Source of the DNA: Phoronis australis
Lineage: Eukaryota; Animalia; Phoronida
Assembly: GCA_002633005.1 (NCBI GenBank)
Contig: NMRA01000037.1
Span: 857,664 to 913,823, forward strand
DNA length: 56,160 nucleotides
Reading direction: 5' to 3'
The notes beneath the pieces are model-generated. The model was not told the DNA's origin and searched no databases. It saw only the letters and a list, made by a program, of their open reading frames with translations. Both the position numbers and the translations under genes were made by a program. Below are positions 28,501 through 37,500 of this stretch, in pieces; the stretch's first letter is position 1, and each line of letters begins with the position of its first letter.

Positions 28501-31500
28501 CGACTGGTGGATTTCGGGGCGGGGCCAGAGTGTAGCGGGTCTTAAAAAGGTTCACAAAAATACTTTGAATTTTGGTCATAGTATTATATGTTTCAAAAAG
28601 GTTCACAAAAATTTAGAATTTGGGCAAGATAAAAAGGTGTCCAGAATGATTCCATAAAGTTCAAGATTTTGAGGGACAGGAAATGGTTTTACAAGGAATT
28701 AATGGTGTTTGCCATATTCCAGGAACTCCAAAATATATTTTGCATGGCATAGATATAGATGTTAGGAAAACCATCCGCAGTTGATTCGAATTGCAGAAAG
28801 ATGACAAATTCATTTTCTGGGACATTTACAATTGATTCTTGAAGCTTTCATCTGCACTTGAGTGTCCAATTTTCACACAGTTGTTGCCGTAGAAATCTTC
28901 ATAATAGTTTTGTTAATTAATCTCCAAGTAATACATCATCTTTTTTGAAAAATCATCGTCTGCAATGGACTTGTGCACGGAATTTGTTTTGGGCCAAAAC
29001 ACAGCAATTTTTTTCAGAATTAGATTCAGACATGACATTTTTCTTGCAAAACTGCTTGCAAAGCAAATTTTGGGAATAAGAAGAACACCCTTAGTTGTAC
29101 GAAAAAACATTTCAGTGTTTTTAATCTTTTTGGACACCCTGTATTTACGAGTCCGCCATCATCCCAAGAGGAAGTCCAATGTTTCTGTGTATTTGAAGAA
29201 TAACGTCAGAACTGTACTGTGTATTGATTTAGCTTGCAACATTCGGGAAATGACCTTGTTGGTGTAATTCAAATTTCTGAGCTCCGTTTCACTGAACAAA
29301 CACAATGTGTGGCTGAACTCAAGACCGTGATCGTCTTAAATTAGTCTCAAGCATTTCATGCAATTGGCCCAACTATTAGGGCTGTGTATGTCTTATCTAC
29401 TGTAATATACCCAATGTCACCTACACTCTTTTTATCTGTTTACTGGTCAAAGTGAATTCTAGTGACAAGGCAGTTTACCCAACAAGGTTACTGTAGATAG
29501 GTTGTGTGCATTGTGAATAAATGGCCAGGGTACTCTAATTAACATCCATTGAAATGTGTGAAGTAATTAGTGATTTCATTTGGTGATGTGTGGAAAAAGT
29601 ATTTTTCTTGTTTACAAGATGTTTACATAATATGCCTTGAAAGTATGTTTCACTTGTACAAGATATGATATGTACAGTTAAAGTATGTTTCATGTAAAAA
29701 TCCGTATATTTACATGATATTCATGTACGGTATGTTCCACATGTGCAATACATTTAGCAATACATGTCTATATGAAGGAAGACTAGCCATAAGGCCCTTT
29801 CATATTGAGTTAACTCCGGTCTGAGCGGAGCGTCGACGTAAACAGCGCAGTTAACTGGACCGTTCATACTGGCTTCGGTAGTTAATGACGATTGAAGTAA
29901 AGGGTTGGTGACGCTGACTTCATCGAAGTTATCGCAAGGTAGCGCTGCACGCTATGATTTTTTTCAATGTGACAATTTGGAGCATTTATATGTGCTAAAT
30001 GACATTAAACTCATTTTTAAATCGATTGGTTATCATTAAAGCAAAAAATATTTTAAGTAGTTATCTGTAACTGTTGATGATAACAGTGGCACCTGGCGAT
30101 AACTTCGATTGAATCGGAGTTAAGCGTTCATACTGCACCGCAGCGTCGACGCTGTGGTCTTAAATGCACCTATTAACTGCGATGTTAACTGGAGCTCTTA
30201 ACTGCTATCCATGACCGGAGTTGAGCATTCATACTGACCGCAACTCCCCAAAACATCAACGCTTCGACGTTGGTATGAAAGGCCCTATAGTGCTACTGAT
30301 CAAAGCATTGGTTGTCTAAGACATATGGTTGCTATTTAATTGTTACATAATTGTGTTTAATATATGAAAATTGTTCACCGCCTAGTTGTAAGTGTGTTGG
30401 TAATTCTACTTTTAGTCCTTGGTTGGCAAATACAGGATACTAGGAGATGAATACCAAAAAATTTTCACTGACAGGAACACCTCCTTGGAAGAGATACAGA
30501 CATTGAAAAAGCACATTGTTCTGATGCAGACTAATGAAAAAAGGTTTGTGTGTGGGCTGGGAAAAATCTTTTGTTTAACTCTTCACGACAATAGAGCAGA
30601 CGTCATAGGGTTGGAAATGTCATAGCTATGAATCCTCCATGATTTTTAAAATTGATAGAGCCTGTGCCATAGCAATTTCAGCAGTAAGCAATAGGGTTGC
30701 GTGACATGTACTTGCTTTCATATTCTGAAAAGTTTGATGGAGACCCGTGACTCATTTTCTGAATTCTTCCGTAGAAACCACTTGGCTTAACATTTAACAT
30801 TTTTTGGAGGATTTGGCAAAACCAAAAACCTAAGCACACCAATAGGGGGCTGGGGGTTGGCTTGATAAGCCCATTGATATTACTAGTCAAAACCTAATGA
30901 ACATTCGTTCATTTGCACTGTTACTGTTGCATGTGCCTCAGATTTACCTTGTTCTCATGTTTTAGGCTTTCTGATGAATTAGAAGATAAGACCAAAAAGT
31001 TGAATGAAATGACTGAAAAGATAAACAGTATGCGGTAAGTGTTTGACCCATATTTAAATTTCTATTGTCATACTCAATCTGTTACAACGAAACAGTCAAG
31101 TAGTCCAGCTAATTTCAAACTCCGCATTGTACCGCAAACCTCAGATCTCTGTGCAGATGCCTGTCTGAGGCTTTCCTGGAGTGACGTGGCGACTAATCAC
31201 ATGGGACCGGATACTAGTGACCTCAAGAGTACAAGGGGGTTATTCACTTTTCTTAAAATGCCTCCCGTCTTATCTCGTGTACTATAAACTATTTTTTAAG
31301 AAGTCAAACATATGCCACTCACCGTGAAAAAAGTATCACTTGGTACAGCCAGGTGGCGATAAGAGTCGCCAATCCGACCACATTGATGACCCCCATTGCT
31401 TCGGTAATGTCATCCGTTGGGTACACCTCCTGCACCATAGGTCAAACTGGGCAACCCTTGTTATGTTTAGTTCAGTCTGATATTACGTGCCCATATTTTG

Positions 31501-34500
31501 TGAACCAGTTTGATGCGCATTATTCAGTGGAGAAAACTGGTTCTCAGAATTCAGGCACATTATATCAGACCATTACCTCAGTCAAGATGCCTGTAAAACA
31601 CTTGAGTCCATGGTAAGTTTAACGTCAGTTGAATGCCAATGTGTTGCATGTCTGGGTAGCCTTTTGGGTGGCTGGGGCATATGCAAAAGCTAATGCATAC
31701 ACTGGCTATAAAGTGTGCGCATGATGGGTCAATACGGTGTTCATTTCATTGGTCCATTTTTGTCTTCATTCAATTTGTACCATAATTGCTAATGCAAAAT
31801 GAAAGAATCGATATTTGTAAAAATGTCTAATTTTGTGTAACGTACTCTGCATGTTGTCTTTGCATGTTAAAAGCACGTATAAGCTTTACTTCAAAATTTT
31901 TATTCATTACCAGCAGGATTGCCCTTTGACATAATTCATGTTTTATACAGTGTGTCATCTCTCATTCTTAAGGTTAGATACCCATTTTTGACTGTTGTTT
32001 GACAAACTTTGGTTGTATTAATATGTGGCTAATTCATTTGTTATGTGATAATTGAAGTGCAACTGAAACCCCGATTCGTCACAATGGTCAAACTGGTGAA
32101 GCTGTCAGTAAAGTGGACAGAGGAACAACACTTAAGAATGAGGTAAGGGTCACCTAATGTCTCATTCATCCTTGGTGATGAGCTTCTTGTTGTCTTTTTA
32201 TACAATTAGTCAATTTACACTGTATTTTTGTGGTAAATTCTCTCAATAATACAATTTGGATTTCAGAATTTTCTTCTGCAATAATAGTTGTGTTATACGT
32301 TTTTTCAGTAATTAGTTCCAACACTTGGAAATGTTGGAATTTTGGAATGAAAGTGTTGTCTTTGAAACCAGTTTATCCTGTTAAGCCAAGAAAGGCTTAT
32401 TTAGTTCTTTTCTGTGATTGCTTTGAAAAATTTTCCGTGATGGTATATTTTTAGTTATGCTTTACAAGTAAGACTTCAGTTGATGCCTGATATCAGCTAA
32501 AGTGTGATGCTATTTGTTGCTTATATCTCAGACCAGTATCAGTGTGATGCTATTTGTTGCTTATATCTCAGGCCAGTATCAGTGTGATACTATTTGTTGC
32601 TTATATCTCAGGCCAGTATCAGTGTGATACTATTTGTTGCTTATATCTCAGGCCAGTATCAGTGTGATACTATTTGTTGCTTATATCTCAGACCAGTGTC
32701 AGTGTGATACTATTTGTTGCTTATATCTCAGACCAGTATCAGTGGGGGTAGTGACGCAAGTTTTGTACTGCAACCTGGGGGACCACATTTTCCAGGACTT
32801 GGAATTTTCCTCTTATTTCATTTCCAGTTTCATCTTTTTTGTTTCTTTTTTATCATTCTTTTGACTTTATTCATGCAAAAACGTTGATTTCGGTTAAATT
32901 TCACAACAAAAGTTTTTTTTCTATCACACAAACCTATTTAATTGTGGAACGATACATCACCTGGAAAACTTTCCTCTTTTTATCATTGATCGTTCCAAGC
33001 CCTGTAAAACTTCACCCCTGCCACTTTAGTAAATCTTGCACCAATAACACACCACAATTTATGGCAGTGATTATAGCCAAATTGGCCACCTACTATGTTG
33101 AAAACTAAGAGGAATGCATTTGTGAGGATTTGAAATAATTTTTGGCGTAAAATGATGCGGAGATGTGCTTTCTTTAAGATCGAAAAGCAAAACACAACTT
33201 TTCTTTGCATCATCTATTGTCAAAATGAACTCAATACACACATGCCCACAAGGGCGCGCTAACAAATACAACAGGTGACATCTATTGAGCACAATCTACA
33301 ACAGCCTTAATTCCCCATGCCATTCTCTTCGTGGTGCTACAATGGAAGATTTCAATCTCTTCCTGTAATGGCCTGAGATTTGCTGTCAAGCAGGGTTTAC
33401 TTATAGTTTTCTATTTTTCAGATTGAGGTTTTGAAAGCTAGACTAGAATCTGCCAAACAGCCATATATGCTCAAGCTAACTGATGCCAGGGAGAAACGTA
33501 ACAGCATTGCTAAATATTTACAAACGTGAGTGGACGAACAAGAGTGTATTACACTGAGTGTACTCCGTGTCTGAGTAGTACTCAAACGAGAGGTCTTGGG
33601 TTCCACTGTGCATCGTGCATTTGAAAGTATAGTTTGAGTGATGACAACTTATAGATGTATTTGACTTTCAGTGTGCCCCTACTGACAATTTTAATTTTTT
33701 TGCAATCTTGGTGAGCTTTTTCCTATTGATGTGAGCATTGCTATCTTGCTGTGCACGGCCTTGAGGCTGTTTTAAGCTCACTTAAATTGCCTCCTTTAAT
33801 GGAAATGTTTAAAATAGTTATCATCCCTTGTATCTAAAAAATAGTGCTTGGTGGGCGCTTATCAATGCCCTGCGTTACACTTGGTATCAATTATTAATGT
33901 TTCACTTATTGTCCACAGGCCCAGAGAAAGGAAACCGCACTTAGTGAAACAAGCCCAAAGTGACCTCCATCAATGGAGTCAACAGATTGCAATGTTGGAG
34001 AAACAACTAACTGATATCCAGGTACACATAGACTATAGAAAAGCTTAGAATTTCGCCTTTTAAGAGGATTTCCTCTTTTTTGGTTTTCATTTCCTCTTAT
34101 TTGATTTCCAGTTTTCTCTTTTTTGTCTCTTTTTTCATCATTTCACCTAAATTTTGCAACACAAAAAATCTATCACACAAGCCTGTTTATTTGTGGAATG
34201 GTACATGTCCTGAAAAATTTTCCACTTTTTTTGTCATTGGTCATTTCCAAGGCCTGAAACTAATACATGTAGACCTACAGACTTCCAGGGTTGGAAAAAA
34301 GAACTTACTGTATATCCAGGTATACATAGAGTAATACAACATGTGTTGACTTGGAGACTTCCAGGGTTGAAGAAACAACTTACTGATAATCATCCATTAA
34401 TAATTAGACTAATACAGTCATGTAGACTGTGCTGTGTTGGTTGGAAATGGTAGGTTAAGACTGCCAAATTTGGAGAACAAATTTAAACACGTTTAAGAAA

Positions 34501-37500
34501 CAACTAAAATGTTATTGACATCCAGGTATATATATAAGTCAGAAAGCTATGCTAGTTGGGGACAAAAGATTATCGCATAGGAAACATGACTAATCGTTTT
34601 TAGGTATACATTACTGGTACAGCTAGGCTGAGACTGCATATGCATAGAGCAGCTATGTTGTAAATGTTCCATGGTAAAATGGCTTCTGTCATGGGACACC
34701 TGTTTTGTCAAATTTTCTTAGCAACAATGAGTTTCAGGAAATACTTATTAATTTTTTAGCTCGTTTTTTGTGGTATAGCTGTAATCAAAAACAATTTTGG
34801 ATAATAGTCGCATGTAACCTGCCCACTTTTTGAGAACCAGTTTTCTCTACGGAATAACAGTCATCAGACTGGTTCTCACATTATTTCTGACTATTGCCCA
34901 ATTTTGAGCATTTGTGCTGTGTAGCAAACCTCTGAAATCTGGACGTTTTTTCAATGAAAAGAAATTGGTACTCAGTCGTTATTTTATGAAAAGGTCCCTG
35001 TTTATTATAAAGCTTAAAATTTACTTAGTGATGACGACAAAATTGAATTAGAAAGTTCAATCAGTGTTTGAACGGGTCCGCTAATAAAAAGACAAAGAAC
35101 ATAGTTCAGTCCATGTTTGGGAATGATCCATGCTACTGCCAACAGGACTCTTTTGCTGTTGTAGTTATTGTTAATTACATGCTAATGAGTCATATCTTCG
35201 CTTGTTCTCCTGCACTCTATTTGTTGCTATGCCTGTCTAGTGTCTCTTTTGTTGTTGTTGTTGTTGTCGTTGTCGTGGCCGCCATCATCGTCATTAATTA
35301 TACACTAAGCAGTCAAATCTCTGCTTGTTCTCCTGCGCTCAATTTGCTCTAGTACCTGTCTACTGGCTCTTTAGTTCTTTAAGTTATTTTTTGAAGTCTT
35401 TTCTTTTCAGGAAGCCTATGATGGACAAATCCTTTTAGTACAAAGTGGTCGACCACTCTCCTCTCTTCCACCCATTAACCTACTCAACGCGCATCCACCA
35501 GGAAATGGTGCCTCTGCTCAACAGGTAACCTTTTTGTTGTCATGGCAACAACGGTGCTGGGTCGACCATTGTATAATCACGTGAAAACGAAATCAGTAAA
35601 TTACCAAGTGGTGATTTATAACAAGGTTCAAAGAGCCAGAATTAGGCATACATTGATAAAGCTGGCGCCCTCTGCTGAGAGTAGCTATGTTACTTAACGC
35701 GTGCCTCGGTGATTGGCCAATGGCATGGAACGTTTGAATGAATTGAAAATCTGTGCGATGTGATGGTCAAGTCGTTTTACAAATAATGTTTGGTGGTTAT
35801 GACCCCTGTTCACTATGTGTGATTAACTGATGTTAGGCCTAAGTTTATTACGTAAACAAACCATCACTACTTTCTGTGGTCGGTGTATGGAGGTAGTATT
35901 CTTTCTGTAATGAAATGATGTCAGAAAACACAAACAATCATTACTTTTACACATAATTAATTGCCTCACAGTTTCCCAGCCCCAACCCTGGTCAGCCATT
36001 TGGCGGTCACTTCAGAGGAGGATTCAACGGCCAGAGTGGACCACAGCACCCTGTCCATCCAGCCGTCAGTCAGGGGTCTGCAGCTGTGTCTCACCAGCCC
36101 AGAACTGGCAAGTCTGGGGGAAGCTTCGTCAGAATTAAGGCATTCTTGCAGCAGAAGTACCCCACATTGACAGAGTAAGTGTGAAATTTTGAAGAAAAAA
36201 ATTGAATGATTTAATGTTATTATTTCATCTGTTTTCCTCCTAGGTTTCAGAATGATTTCCACAAAGCTAGACAAATTTCAACAAAATTAGTTTCTAAAAG
36301 CAGTGGTGATTTTTATATGCTTCAATGCTACTTGCTCCGGTAAAGCATTTCGAATGAGATCTTTCTCATCGGACAAGCAAAACAAAAACATCCAGGGTCC
36401 TCGATATCTCGATTTTAGGGTCAAATATTGGCTTCATTGAATTTTTAGAACTGCGTAAAATTCCTGTTATCAAGCCCGAAAATTCTCCAATAACAGTCAG
36501 ATTTTCCCAGCAACCGACCCGAAAAATTCCCATTCCTGAAAGCATGGGCACCTCTCACTTCAAGTGAGTGAGCGGCCTGTTATCATTATCCTGTGTACAG
36601 TGGGTCTATAGTTAAAAACGTGATGATGTTAAGATATTGCGACCACTGTGTCAGTTGTTTTTAAAATATTTTTGCATTGCATAATCGTAATGTCTGTCTA
36701 ATTAAACACTGTGGTAAAGCTGTTTACTGAATGTGAAATGTCAGAAGATTACTTTTGTCTAACGTGGTCAAAAGCGAAGTCGATTTGTTGTATCAAATCT
36801 TGACTGAGTAGGTTGTCAGTCATTCGCTCCACGCCGCTAATGGATATTAAGATAATTCTGCGACTCGCGAACGGAGGGGAATCAAAGAGACTAGAAGCCT
36901 GCTTTCTGGCAAGAAACTGGACGTTTTTGCCAACTTTTGCCCGAAGTGTTGATGTACAGTTGTGAACAGAACATCCATCATGCGAGTTCTGGCGTAGTTA
37001 AAACTTCATGCAACTACTAATTGTATTCGTTCTCGCAAATGAGCTATTCACGTACGTTCACTGCAATAAGCCTTATATCTGCTTCCCCTTGATGCGAGTT
37101 CCTGTATGTGTGTTTGCAGCGATGAGATTGTTCAGCACATGCAGGTGCTAAGGGCGAAGAACAACAACTCTATGTCTGGCCTTACTCTTCAGCATGTCGT
37201 GGACGGCGTGTCTCAGTTGGTTAAGCAGAGTATGCAGTCTAAACAGGTAAGGAAGGTGTGGTGAGGCAGGTGTGTCTCTGGCACTGGTCTCTTCCGAGTG
37301 TTACCCACAGTTTTTCCTCTTACGATCATCTTCGTGTGATTTCATCGTGTGCGGGACCTGCGAGTCCTAGCCTTGTTGTAAAAAGTAAGTTAAGGTGTTC
37401 TCTTATGGTCGAATCTGTTGTTTTTTTATTATGTCATATTCAGGGTTATGTAGGATCTTACTGGCAAGTAAACCAAATACTTACAAAGCTATAGCTGTTA

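Noticed and set aside
32501-32744. CRISPR-like regular repeats (also 23127-23250)
   Set aside because: Head-to-tail minisatellites with no unique spacers, no cas genes, eukaryotic intron context.
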